Below are positions 28,618 to 37,830 of a stretch of 64,000 nt of DNA, one piece after another. Position 1 is the stretch's first letter. Each line of letters begins with the position of its first letter. The notes under the pieces are model-generated. The model worked only from the letters and a program-made list of their open reading frames with translations, ran no database searches and was not told the origin of the DNA. This DNA is from an uncultured Candidatus Binatia bacterium (GTDB lineage Bacteria > Desulfobacterota > Binatia > Bin18): the NCBI GenBank assembly GCA_965247985.1, contig OZ252051.1, positions 252,240-316,239 on the forward strand. Reading direction: 5' to 3'. Both the position numbers and the translations under genes were made by a program.

Positions 28618-29877
28618 CTACTCTTCGTAGGCTTGTGCCAATAAATCAATGGTATGCACGGCTGTAATCGGCAGTCCACTCTGCTGTAATCCGGCCCGTA
28701 TCTGCATTAAACAGCCCGGATTACCGGTCACTACAACGTCGGCTTCAGTTGTCTGGATATTGCCGAGTTTACGCTCCAGCAGCCGGGCCGCCATCTCAGG
28801 TTGGGTCAGATTATATGTGCCGGCACTGCCACAGCACCAGTCTGACTCGGGTAAGTCGGTAAGCGTCAGCCCAGGAATAGCCCGGAGCAGTGCACGAGGT
28901 TGTTCGCGGACACCTTGTCCATGCGCCAAGTGACAGGCGTCATGGTAGGTGACCTTTGCTCTGATTTCTCGGGTGGGTGGTGTAAGCGGAATACTCCCAA
29001 CAAACTCAGCCACGTCTTTCATTTTTTCCGTGAGGCGGGCCGCCTTCTCTCGGTAGGCAGGGTCGTCCTTGAACAGCTCGCCGTACTCCTTCATCATCGC
29101 TCCGCAGCCAGCGGCGTTGATAATAAGAGCGTCCAGCTCAATTTTGCTGAATACGTCAATATTGTGCTTAGCCAGCGACAGGGCATTCGGCTTATCCCCA
29201 TTATGCAAGAGGAGCGCACCACAGCAGGATTGGGCCTTTGGAACCAGGACTTCACAGCCATTATGGCGGAGCACTTTCACCGTGGACTGGTTGGTCGCTC
29301 CAAAGACGGTAGACATGACACAGCCCGATAGCACGGCAACGGTGTGGCGTTTTTCACCAATCGCGGGATAGCGCTCTAAGAGTGGTGCGGAAGATACGCT
29401 TCCACGTTCCGGCAGGAGCCCCAGCCAATAACGAAGTTTTCCGGGCAGTGCTTCAGAGTGCGCAAATCGAGCAAATCCAAGGGCGGCGCCGACTTTAAGA
29501 GAAAGCGCAAAAAGACGGGCTCCCAATGGATTAGGGAAAGTCTTGTTCATCATCCAGCGCTTGAGGCGTTCCAGCACAGGCCGGCGATAGTGTTGCTCAA
29601 TAAAGGGCCGGGCGCCTTCGATGAGTTCTCCATACCGCACCCCGGATGGACAAGCGGTTTCACATGCCCGACACCCCAGGCACAGATCAAGATGTTGAAC
29701 GATCTCAGCGTCGAGCTGCGCGTGCCCCTCTTGAAGCGCGCGCATCATCACGATGCGTCCCCGAGGGGAGTCCATCTCCGTACCTAATTCGACATAGGTT
29801 GGACACGAGGCCAGGCACAGTCCACAGTGCACGCAGTCAAAGAATTTTTCGTGGTCGACAAAAGAAACGTTTTCCAT
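28618..29877 (-). CDS. GlcF-like (Fe-S)-binding oxidoreductase subunit
   Basis: Two 4Fe-4S ferredoxin motifs (CVHCGLCLASCP, CLGCRACETACP) plus CCG cysteine-rich domains. Confidence 0.85.
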   Translation of the reverse strand: MENVSFVDHEKFFDCVHCGLCLASCPTYVELGTEMDSPRGRIVMMRALQEGHAQLDAEIVQHLDLCLGCRACETACPSGVRYGELIEGARPFIEQHYRRPVLERLKRWMMNKTFPNPLGARLFALSLKVGAALGFARFAHSEALPGKLRYWLGLLPERGSVSSAPLLERYPAIGEKRHTVAVLSGCVMSTVFGATNQSTVKVLRHNGCEVLVPKAQSCCGALLLHNGDKPNALSLAKHNIDVFSKIELDALIINAAGCGAMMKEYGELFKDDPAYREKAARLTEKMKDVAEFVGSIPLTPPTREIRAKVTYHDACHLAHGQGVREQPRALLRAIPGLTLTDLPESDWCCGSAGTYNLTQPEMAARLLERKLGNIQTTEADVVVTGNPGCLMQIRAGLQQSGLPITAVHTIDLLAQAYEE

Positions 29878-29931
29878 AGAGAGCGTCAGCCTTATAAAAA
29901 TGAGTCTAGGATTCGTACAGCGTAAAAATTC

Positions 29932-31197
29932 CTATATTCCGCCAATAAAGCGGCCGGGGTTCAAAATACCGTTGGGGTCTAGGGTTTCTTTGAGCCGTTG
30001 CATAAGCGGAAACGCTTTTCCCACAGTGCCCCATACATCCGCCCGTTCCTTGAGCGCCGATGGGATCTCTTCCACGACGGCAAAACCGTTGTAGCCGGTT
30101 GCGTGGACGCGTATCCAGTCGACAAGAGCCAAGAGCTGGTCATCGGGAACGGCCTCCCCTTCAAAAGCCGTGTACAGGATGCCGTTCCCGGCCCGGGCCA
30201 GTAAACGGACCGGAACCTGGCGGCGCTGAGCTTCCGCCGCCAGGTCCGCACAGAACGTCGCAAGCTGGGTTGGCTGAAGGCTCACCTTACACCGAAGCGC
30301 AGCGTGACCGGACACTGGAAAATCCCGGAGTGCCTGAGAGAGCGTCTGCGCCTCGTCGGCACTCAGCTCCTCAACAACACATTCGTCATCCCCAAGGACA
30401 GCACGGAGGCGACTGCGCTGATCGTCGACTTCTTCCTGAATCCCGGCAAAGCCTAAGAATAGACGATAGACCTGCTCGTCCCCGCTTTGATCTGTGCGAG
30501 CCGGGAGCGGAGAAAAATTGGCCAGTTCAAGGAAAAAGGGCTGGATATCCGAGCCAGTCAATTTCAGCGCCGCTTCTCCGGCTTTTTCAGCAGATGAGAA
30601 CGTTAAGGCGAGCGTTGTTTGCGCTTCAGGTCGGGGCCGGATCATAAAGGTCGCTTCGACAATAACGCCGAGCGTCCCAAACGACCCACAGTAGAGTTTC
30701 GGCAAATCATAGCCGGCAACGTTTTTGACGACTTGCCCGCCGCCCTTAATCAGTGTCCCATCCGAGCGAACGACTTTGAGGCCAATAAGAAAATCGCGGA
30801 CTGTGCCTTGAGAGAGTCGAGACGGACCATTGAGATTGGCAGCAATGACTCCGCCGACCGTCGCCTGCTCCGGACACGGCGGGTCGAGGGGCAACCATTG
30901 ACCGTTTTCCCCAAGAACAGCCTGGAGTTGGGCTAGAGACATACCGGCGCCAACTTTAACGGTCATATCTGCAGGCTGGTAGTCTACGAGCGTATCCAGC
31001 GCCGTCGTACACAGCGCCTGCTCATAGCGTTTCGGTACGCCACCGAGGTGGAGAAACGCGCCGTGCCCCACCGGGCTTATGGCGCGGCCGTGTTCATTCG
31101 CCTCTTTCAGCAGTTGCGAGACTTCTTCAATCGATGAGGGATAGACCACACTCTCGGGCGCTTTCCCATCGATGATAAACTGGTTGGCCTCCCTCAT
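29932..31197 (-). CDS. GlcE-like FAD-binding oxidoreductase subunit
   Basis: 421 aa with an FAD-binding PCMH-type domain. Confidence 0.8.
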   Translation of the reverse strand: MREANQFIIDGKAPESVVYPSSIEEVSQLLKEANEHGRAISPVGHGAFLHLGGVPKRYEQALCTTALDTLVDYQPADMTVKVGAGMSLAQLQAVLGENGQWLPLDPPCPEQATVGGVIAANLNGPSRLSQGTVRDFLIGLKVVRSDGTLIKGGGQVVKNVAGYDLPKLYCGSFGTLGVIVEATFMIRPRPEAQTTLALTFSSAEKAGEAALKLTGSDIQPFFLELANFSPLPARTDQSGDEQVYRLFLGFAGIQEEVDDQRSRLRAVLGDDECVVEELSADEAQTLSQALRDFPVSGHAALRCKVSLQPTQLATFCADLAAEAQRRQVPVRLLARAGNGILYTAFEGEAVPDDQLLALVDWIRVHATGYNGFAVVEEIPSALKERADVWGTVGKAFPLMQRLKETLDPNGILNPGRFIGGI

Positions 31198-31236
31198 CAG
31201 TGTGGCTTTCTCTCAAAAAGTCCCTAGAGCGTGTCC

Positions 31237-32661
31237 CTAGAGCGGGACTTGGCGTCGAGGCGTGGTCACATCAATACAGCCACCGGGCGTAGGGATAATT
31301 TTATTGGGATTACACAGGTTGTCCGGATTAAAAACAGACCGGAGCTGGGTCATCACCATCAAATCTTCCGGACTGAAGATGAGTGGCATCTGGCCCATCT
31401 TTTCTATGCCAATGCCGTGCTCGCCAGTCAGACTTCCCCCTAAGTCTATACATGCGTTCAAGATTTCCTTCCCCGCTTTGACCACGCGCTGGGTTTCGTC
31501 TGCATTGCGCTCGTCATACATCAGAATCGGATGGATGTTGCCGTCTCCGGCGTGAAACACATTGGCAATCCGCAGGTGATACTTTTCTGAAATCTCAGTA
31601 ATCCGCTGCAGAATGTCCGGAACCTTAGTGCGAGGGACTACGCCATCTTGGGTGCAATAATTTGGTGATAGACGGCCAATTGCGCCAAAGGCACGCTTGC
31701 GACTCTTCCAGAGCGCCATACGTTCGGCATCGTCTTGAGCGATACGTACCTCGCGAGCATTATTGTGTTTGCAAATGGCCTGAATCTGGACAGTTTGTGG
31801 GTCGAGACTGGCTGCAAGGCCATCAATCTCAATAATCAAAACAGCACCGGCATCGGTCGGGAAGCCAAAGTGAAAGGCTTCTTCGACTGCTTGGATAATA
31901 AGCGTATCCATCATTTCCAGGGCAGCGGGGACAATGCCGGAAGTAATAATACCAGAGACCGTTTGGGTGGCTTGGTGGACCGACTCAAACACCGCCAGAA
32001 ACGTGCGATAGGCCTGCGGCTGGCGCGTTAGCTTGAGGGCGGCCTGGGTGACAATCCCAAAAGTGCCTTCCGCGCCTATGGTAATGCCGCGTAAATCATA
32101 GCCGGGAACGTCCTCAACCGCCCCGCCTAGGGTTACGATTTCTCCGTCTGGTAGGACGACTTCCAAGCCGAGAACGTGATTGGTCGTGACGCCATATTTG
32201 AGCGTGTGCGGCCCGCCGGAATTTTCTGCGATGTTGCCGCCAATAGTGCACGCCTGCTGGCTGGACGGGTCAGGCGCATACTGAAAGCCCTGATCTTTGA
32301 CCGCATTACTCACCCACAGATTCACTACACCGGACTGGGCCACAACGTAACGATTGAGCAAATCAATGTGTACGATTTTATTGAGCCGGCTGGTACCGAT
32401 CATGACCGGCGCTTCAACTGGCAGGCAGCCGCCACTGAGGCCGGTCCCGGCTCCGCGCGGGACAAAGGCGATCTTTTCCTTGTTGAGAAATTTGACGACA
32501 GCCGCCACTTCTTCAGTTGAATGCGGCAAGACAACAACATCGGGGACGGACTTCTCTAAGGTATAGCCATCGCAGTCGTAGACTGAGCGCGCGCTCTTAT
32601 TGGCGACCACCCCATCAGGGCCAACGAGTTCATACAACCGATCAAGAATTTTCTGCTCCAT
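31237..32661 (-). CDS. GlcD-like FAD-linked oxidase
   Basis: 474 aa with FAD_binding_4 and FAD-oxidase_C domains. Confidence 0.85.
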   Translation of the reverse strand: MEQKILDRLYELVGPDGVVANKSARSVYDCDGYTLEKSVPDVVVLPHSTEEVAAVVKFLNKEKIAFVPRGAGTGLSGGCLPVEAPVMIGTSRLNKIVHIDLLNRYVVAQSGVVNLWVSNAVKDQGFQYAPDPSSQQACTIGGNIAENSGGPHTLKYGVTTNHVLGLEVVLPDGEIVTLGGAVEDVPGYDLRGITIGAEGTFGIVTQAALKLTRQPQAYRTFLAVFESVHQATQTVSGIITSGIVPAALEMMDTLIIQAVEEAFHFGFPTDAGAVLIIEIDGLAASLDPQTVQIQAICKHNNAREVRIAQDDAERMALWKSRKRAFGAIGRLSPNYCTQDGVVPRTKVPDILQRITEISEKYHLRIANVFHAGDGNIHPILMYDERNADETQRVVKAGKEILNACIDLGGSLTGEHGIGIEKMGQMPLIFSPEDLMVMTQLRSVFNPDNLCNPNKIIPTPGGCIDVTTPRRQVPL

Positions 32662-32687
32662 GAGAGCCCCTTACTCATCACCTCCGA

Positions 32688-33137
32688 CTACAATGGCCGG
32701 CGGCGGATCATCCGTTTGACAGTATACTCAAGTAAAACAGTGTCATCTTGATTCATAACCTGAGTCAACGAAGTGACCACCCCACGGTCAGGTTTTGAGG
32801 TCTCACGCTTACCAAGAATGTGTACTTTGACATGCACAGTGTCTCCGCAGCGTAATGGCGCCGGGATTTTCATATCTTCAATCCCGAGGAGAGCCATGCC
32901 GCCCTTTGCCATGCCAGACTGCACCGTCAGACCTTCTGCAAGGGCAAAGGTGAACGAGCCTGGCGATATCCGGCCTTCAAACAGGCTGTTGTTTTTAACG
33001 AACTCCATGTCCATGAATAAGGGCTCGTGAAAGCCAAAAAGGTTTACGAAATTGACGATATCCGCTTCGGTTATAGTACGCGCTTTAGTCTCAAACTCCG
33101 CGCCGATTTCATACTCTTCAAAGTATTCGAGTGCCAT
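32688..33137 (-). CDS. MaoC-like (R)-specific enoyl-CoA hydratase, hotdog fold
   Basis: 149 aa MaoC dehydratase pattern. Confidence 0.8.
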   Translation of the reverse strand: MALEYFEEYEIGAEFETKARTITEADIVNFVNLFGFHEPLFMDMEFVKNNSLFEGRISPGSFTFALAEGLTVQSGMAKGGMALLGIEDMKIPAPLRCGDTVHVKVHILGKRETSKPDRGVVTSLTQVMNQDDTVLLEYTVKRMIRRRPL

Positions 33138-33186
33138 ATGCTTTCCTGGGCAAGAGAGTCAGCCAGAAGTCTGCGTGCTTGTGCTA

Positions 33187-33297
33187 AGGAGTAAGCGTAT
33201 CCTCCAAAATGAGTGAACGTGCCCTCCAACGGACATACACATGTTGGCACGTTTACTCATTGACACGCTGAGCTGTTGATACGTTTACTCCTCGGAG
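33187..33297. repeat. palindromic repeat family 1, nested double copy
   Basis: Four arms: aggagtaagcgtatcctccaaaa, tgagtgaacgtgccctccaac, ttggcacgtttactcatt and tgttgatacgtttactcctcggag. They lie in the divergent maoC / asd intergenic region. Confidence 0.8.
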
Positions 33298-33351
33298 AAG
33301 TCAACACTAGGGTGTTGACAATTCGTCCACCCTGGCGTTGTTTTAGCCGTT

Positions 33352-34431
33352 ATGAAAAAGCGTGTCGCCGTTGTTGGAGCAACTGGGATTGCGGGTCAGC
33401 AATTTCTCGTTGCGCTTGAGGACCATCCCTGGTTTGAGGTTGCTGTGCTGGCTGCGTCAGAGCGCTCGGCCGGCAAAAGCTATGCAGAAGCCATCCGCGA
33501 CCCAAAAACGGGAGCGCGGCGCTGGTGGTGCGAGGCAGAACCATCCCAGCCCATGCTGACACTTCCGGTCTACGAAGCGTCGTCTCTGAACCTGAGTGGT
33601 ATTGATCTCGTCTTTACCGCGGTCGAATCAGGGCCGGCGCGAGAACTGGAACCACTGTATGCCAAAACAACACCAGTGGTCAGTACGGCTTCGGCGTTTC
33701 GGCAAGAGGCGGATGTTCCGCTCCTTATTCCGGGTGTCAATCTGGATCATATCTACTTGATCGATACCCAAAAGAAAAATCGTGCCTGGCAAGGCTATAT
33801 TGTCACTCAGCCCAACTGTACCACCATAGGTCTGGCCATTACCCTCAAGCCGCTGTTTGATCAATTCGGTCTGAAAAAAGTCATCATGACCTCCATGCAG
33901 GGGCTATCCGGGGCCGGTCGCTCGCCGGGTGTGATCGCAATGGACACCATAGACAACATCATTCCGTTCATTGCTGGCGAGGAAGAGAAGGTCGAACAGG
34001 AAGGTCACAAAATTCTTGGCAGCCTCGAAAACGGAGCCATTATACCGGCCAACTTTCTCGTCAGCGCAACCTGTACTCGCGTCCCGGTTCTTGAGGGCCA
34101 TACGGAAGCGCTGCTGGTCTCTATGAATACACCCTGCTCTGTCGCGGATGTCCGGGCAGCTATGATCGGATTTGGCCAAGAGTTTATCGAAATGGGCCTG
34201 CCCTCTGCTCCGCGGCATATGATCATCGTGCACGATGACCCCTTTCGGCCCCAGCCGCGCTTGGACCGCGATGCGGAAGACGGCATGGCGACCTCGGTGG
34301 GTCGTCTGCGGCCAGACCATACACTTGAGAATGCGGTGAAATATCTTCTGGTCAGCCATAATACCAAGATGGGGGCGGCCAAAGGCGCAGTACTCACCGC
34401 GGAATACCTGTATCAGCAGGGGTATATATAA
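33352..34431 (+). CDS. asd: aspartate-semialdehyde dehydrogenase
   Basis: 359 aa with N-terminal VAVVGATGIAGQ and the catalytic-Cys region. Confidence 0.9.
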   Translation: MKKRVAVVGATGIAGQQFLVALEDHPWFEVAVLAASERSAGKSYAEAIRDPKTGARRWWCEAEPSQPMLTLPVYEASSLNLSGIDLVFTAVESGPARELEPLYAKTTPVVSTASAFRQEADVPLLIPGVNLDHIYLIDTQKKNRAWQGYIVTQPNCTTIGLAITLKPLFDQFGLKKVIMTSMQGLSGAGRSPGVIAMDTIDNIIPFIAGEEEKVEQEGHKILGSLENGAIIPANFLVSATCTRVPVLEGHTEALLVSMNTPCSVADVRAAMIGFGQEFIEMGLPSAPRHMIIVHDDPFRPQPRLDRDAEDGMATSVGRLRPDHTLENAVKYLLVSHNTKMGAAKGAVLTAEYLYQQGYI

Positions 34432-34467
34432 TTCACCTCGCCAGTCTGGAAACAGTATACTGCCGAG

Positions 34468-35868
34468 ATGCCTGCACCCTTCAAAACCGCTGACCTACCT
34501 CCAAAAGCGCGCGGCTTCTGGAAGCTCGCAGGGCCGGGGGCTGTCTTAGTCGGACTCTCAATCGGCGCGGGCGAGTTGATTGTATGGCCGCGTAATACAG
34601 CGCAATTTGGCGCCGGCATGACCTGGGCGGCGCTGCTCGGCATCTTTCTCCAATTCTGGATTAACTGCGAGATTGGCCGCTACACCTTAGCCACGGGAGA
34701 AAGTATTTACGCCGGATTCAGCCGAATCTCGCGGCACTTTGCGTGGATCTTTATTCTGCTCAACATCCTCGGCTGGATTCTTCCGGGCTGGGCGCGGGCC
34801 TGCGGCGGAGCGCTCAAAGCCCTCATGGTCGGTCCACAGGGCTGGGGGGAGCCGTGGGTCTGGACGGCCATTACCTTTGCCGGCGTTGCCTTTGTCTTAT
34901 TCGGTCCTAAGCGTGTGTATGCTTCCGTTGAGAAAACAACGGAAGTTCTGGTCATTTTGGTCGCGGTCGGCCTTGGTCTCGTTGCCTGTGTCGTTGGCAA
35001 TACGGAAACGTGGGCAGAGCTGGGACGCGGGATGCTGAATTTTCCGTTCAAGCATCCGGATATGCCGATATATATTCTGTTCTCTTCAGTTGTTTTTGCT
35101 GGAGCCGGGGGTACCGCGAATCTCTTTTTCTCGTTCTATATTCGAGACAAAGGCTGGGGCATGGGCGCGTTGATGCCCACAGTGGTGAATCCGCTCCGAG
35201 CGCAGGAGGAAGCTGCTTCAGATCAGGCGTTTCAGATTGACGCGACCGAGTCCAACCTGGCGCGCTGGCGTGCATGGTTCAGACATTTGTCTTTGGATCA
35301 AATGCTCTTTTTCTGGCTGCTCAACACGTTTACCATTCTCTTGTTTATCTTTGGTGCTCTGGCGGTGCTGCATCCACAAGGCATAGTGCCAAGCCAGGAA
35401 ATGCTGGTCTGGGAGGAGGCCGAAATTTTAGGCAGCGTGGGAGGAGGCTTCGGAAAAATCCTCTTTCTTTTAGTCGGGATCGCGTGTTTGTTCAGCACCC
35501 AACTGACGCTTATCGATGGGGTTGCCCGTACAGGCGCGGATATTCTGCATACCAACTATGCCTGGGCGCAAAGGAAGCCGCTGAGTTGGTGGTATGGCGT
35601 CATTGCCGTGGGTTGGATCGTACTGGGTATTTTCTTGACATATGCGTATGAGAGCCTGCCACCTATTCTCTTTTTAATGGGATCAGCGTTTTTTGGTGGG
35701 ATTGCGATGGCCGTCTACACACCGCTGACACTGGTGATCAATCGAAAACTGCTCCCGCCGGCACTGCGGCCCGGCCCGGCGAAAACTGCTCTTCTTGTCG
35801 GGATTAGCTGTTTTTATGTTATTTTTGCCGTCTTTTCGATTGTTCGACTTGGACAGCAGCTATTGTAA
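34468..35868 (+). CDS. Nramp-family-like divalent metal transporter (membrane protein)
   Basis: 466 aa polytopic protein. N-terminal block AGPGAVLVGLSIGAGE...TAQFGAGMTWAALLGIFLQFWINCEIGRYTLATGE resembles Nramp. Confidence 0.45.
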   Translation: MPAPFKTADLPPKARGFWKLAGPGAVLVGLSIGAGELIVWPRNTAQFGAGMTWAALLGIFLQFWINCEIGRYTLATGESIYAGFSRISRHFAWIFILLNILGWILPGWARACGGALKALMVGPQGWGEPWVWTAITFAGVAFVLFGPKRVYASVEKTTEVLVILVAVGLGLVACVVGNTETWAELGRGMLNFPFKHPDMPIYILFSSVVFAGAGGTANLFFSFYIRDKGWGMGALMPTVVNPLRAQEEAASDQAFQIDATESNLARWRAWFRHLSLDQMLFFWLLNTFTILLFIFGALAVLHPQGIVPSQEMLVWEEAEILGSVGGGFGKILFLLVGIACLFSTQLTLIDGVARTGADILHTNYAWAQRKPLSWWYGVIAVGWIVLGIFLTYAYESLPPILFLMGSAFFGGIAMAVYTPLTLVINRKLLPPALRPGPAKTALLVGISCFYVIFAVFSIVRLGQQLL

Positions 35869-35899
35869 AAAAGGGCCCGCCGCCGCGGGCCCTTTTTCT
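35866..35899. terminator. bidirectional rho-independent terminator
   Basis: aaaaa gggcccgc cgcc gcgggccc ttttt, between the convergent Nramp-like and atpE genes. Confidence 0.85.
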
Positions 35900-35915
35900 C
35901 TCCTCGATTAAGCGC

Positions 35916-36248
35916 TTATACGCTTCCGGACAGCGTAAACGCGATCACCAGCGCGTAAATAGCCAGCGCCTCGATGAAGGCGATACCGATGATCATCGGC
36001 GTCTGGATACGATCAGCCGCATTTGGGTTACGACCGATGGACTCCATAGCGGCAGCCACCGCACGTCCCTGACCCAAGCCGGCACCAACAGCGGCAATAC
36101 CCATACCGAGGCCGGCAGCAAGGGCAATCATTCCTCTTGAGGAATCACCGTCTCCGTCAGCCGCGAGGGCAGCGCCAGCGGTTAGCAGCATACATACTGC
36201 GAGCACCCCAGTTACACATACTTTCTTCATACGTCCTACTCCTTTCAT
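35916..36248 (-). CDS. atpE: F0 ATP synthase subunit c
   Basis: C-terminal proteolipid helices with conserved [18 protein letters not shown], plus an N-terminal extension. Confidence 0.85.
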   Translation of the reverse strand: MKGVGRMKKVCVTGVLAVCMLLTAGAALAADGDGDSSRGMIALAAGLGMGIAAVGAGLGQGRAVAAAMESIGRNPNAADRIQTPMIIGIAFIEALAIYALVIAFTLSGSV

Positions 36249-36358
36249 GTCCCAATGGCGCAGTATAGGGTCCGCCTCCTCTTATCCTCCTCGCCGCTGC
36301 ATACCCTTTCCGCCACATGGACAATGGATTGTATTGCACTCTTTCTCTTCTCTTTCCC

Positions 36359-37060
36359 CTAGTGATGCTCGTCATGGGCAACCGCCAGAGAGACATAGAC
36401 CATGCTGAGCAGCGTAAAAACAAAAGCCTGCACTAAGGAAACAAACGCCCCAAGCGCGTAAAAGACGACCGGAATACCGATTTTCGTCAGATCCGTAAAG
36501 ATCTCTAACACAACGTGGTCGCCGGTCATATTCCCAAAGAGTCGCAGGGAAAGCGAGAAGGGCCGGACAAAATTGTCAATGAGTTCCAGCGGGACCATCA
36601 AAATGCCCAGCCACCAGATCGGTCCGACAAAATGTTTCAGGTAGGCAAGGCCCTGTTCTTGGAAAGCATAAAAATTATACGCAACAAAGGACAGGACGCC
36701 GAGGGCGAGCGTCACGTTGAAATTGCTTGTCGGGGGAGAAAACCCAGGTAAGAGCCCAGAGAGGTTTGCGACCAAAATAAAGAGAAAGAAACTGCCATAC
36801 AGATGTATATATTTATGCGCTTGGTCACCCAGTACCCCCTCGGCCATGTCAGAAACGCCTTGGGTGAGGAGTTCAGCCATGTTCCGAAAGGTCAGGGAGT
36901 CGTCAGGGACAGCCGCATCTTCTGCAGCAGCCAGCTGCCTCTTTGCCATGTAAGCAAAGAAAATAAGTATTGCGGAAACGATGAGGGATGTTGCGATATG
37001 ACCGGGGAGCAGTTTGAGTCCAGGAATAACAGAGACCCATGTGAAGAGATGATGTTCCAT
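36359..37060 (-). CDS. atpB: F0 ATP synthase subunit a
   Basis: 233 aa with LSLRLFGNMTGDH. Confidence 0.9.
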   Translation of the reverse strand: MEHHLFTWVSVIPGLKLLPGHIATSLIVSAILIFFAYMAKRQLAAAEDAAVPDDSLTFRNMAELLTQGVSDMAEGVLGDQAHKYIHLYGSFFLFILVANLSGLLPGFSPPTSNFNVTLALGVLSFVAYNFYAFQEQGLAYLKHFVGPIWWLGILMVPLELIDNFVRPFSLSLRLFGNMTGDHVVLEIFTDLTKIGIPVVFYALGAFVSLVQAFVFTLLSMVYVSLAVAHDEHH

Positions 37061-37116
37061 AGGATCGGTCGATTTCTTTCACTCTCTTTCTGTACGCGAG
37101 TCGGCTGCTCAAAGAC

Positions 37117-37509
37117 TCACTTCACCCCTGCTGAAGGAGGGGGATCATCATCTTTTTTTGACTCGGCCAAGCTGACTATCACGCAAGCAAGAAGCAGTAA
37201 AGGGACCCCGGCGGCAAAGCTCTTTGCCTGAATTGGGTAGCGAAAAAATATTGCACTCAGCATGACCAGAAAGAGTATTCCCTTGGCAGAAAACCAGAAA
37301 GCTGCCCGAATTTTCGGCCGGCGCTGGGCCTGGGAGGAGGAGAGAGTAGAACGGACCAGTTTTTTAAGCAGCCAGAAATTGGCCTGCATGACGCCTCCGC
37401 CAAGCAGAAAGCTGGGGACGTGGACAATTCCGGTCACTCCTCCGACGAGCGCTCCGGCCCCAAGCAGAACGAGGCTCAGTCGTTCAATCTTCTCGGCTGT
37501 CTTCTTCAC
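37117..37509 (-). CDS. atpI: ATP synthase protein I
   Basis: 130-aa membrane protein upstream of atpB. Confidence 0.6.
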   Translation of the reverse strand: MKKTAEKIERLSLVLLGAGALVGGVTGIVHVPSFLLGGGVMQANFWLLKKLVRSTLSSSQAQRRPKIRAAFWFSAKGILFLVMLSAIFFRYPIQAKSFAAGVPLLLLACVIVSLAESKKDDDPPPSAGVK

Positions 37510-37771
37510 GAGCAGAAAGACGCTGGAGCACGATTATCAGACGATATATCGCTCCTGCCATACCAAAGATCACTCCAATGACCATGAGGAGGGGCGCTGT
37601 ACCAAACTGGGTGTCCGCATAGTTTCCAATAAAGAGACCGGCGACAATGGCTCCGGCAAACTCAAACCCAAGCGCCCCGTACCTTCCATAGGTGACGAAA
37701 AGAGGAAACGTATCCCGCTTTTTTGTATGATTGGAGGACACGTTTCCTCTTTGTGGACTTTCCTGAGCCAT
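37484..37771 (-). CDS. atpZ: AtpZ-like putative F0F1-ATPase-associated membrane protein
   Basis: 95 aa with two TM helices (GALGFEFAGAIVAGLFIGNYADTQFG). Confidence 0.6.
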   Translation of the reverse strand: MAQESPQRGNVSSNHTKKRDTFPLFVTYGRYGALGFEFAGAIVAGLFIGNYADTQFGTAPLLMVIGVIFGMAGAIYRLIIVLQRLSAREEDSRED

Positions 37772-37781
37772 TTTGCCTCGA

Positions 37782-37830
37782 TGAATAAACGTGCCAACAT
37801 CTCAAAGCCTGTTGAGGGCACGTTTATTCA
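37782..37830. repeat. palindromic repeat family 1, copy between hemL stop and atpZ start
   Basis: tgaataaacgtgccaaca tctcaaagcc tgttgagggcacgtttattca. Confidence 0.85.

Noticed and set aside
33243-33262. sigma-54 promoter (TGGCACG in the repeat arm)
   Set aside because: No TTGC(A/T) -12 element at the required spacing. The same arm occurs at terminator-like positions after genes.
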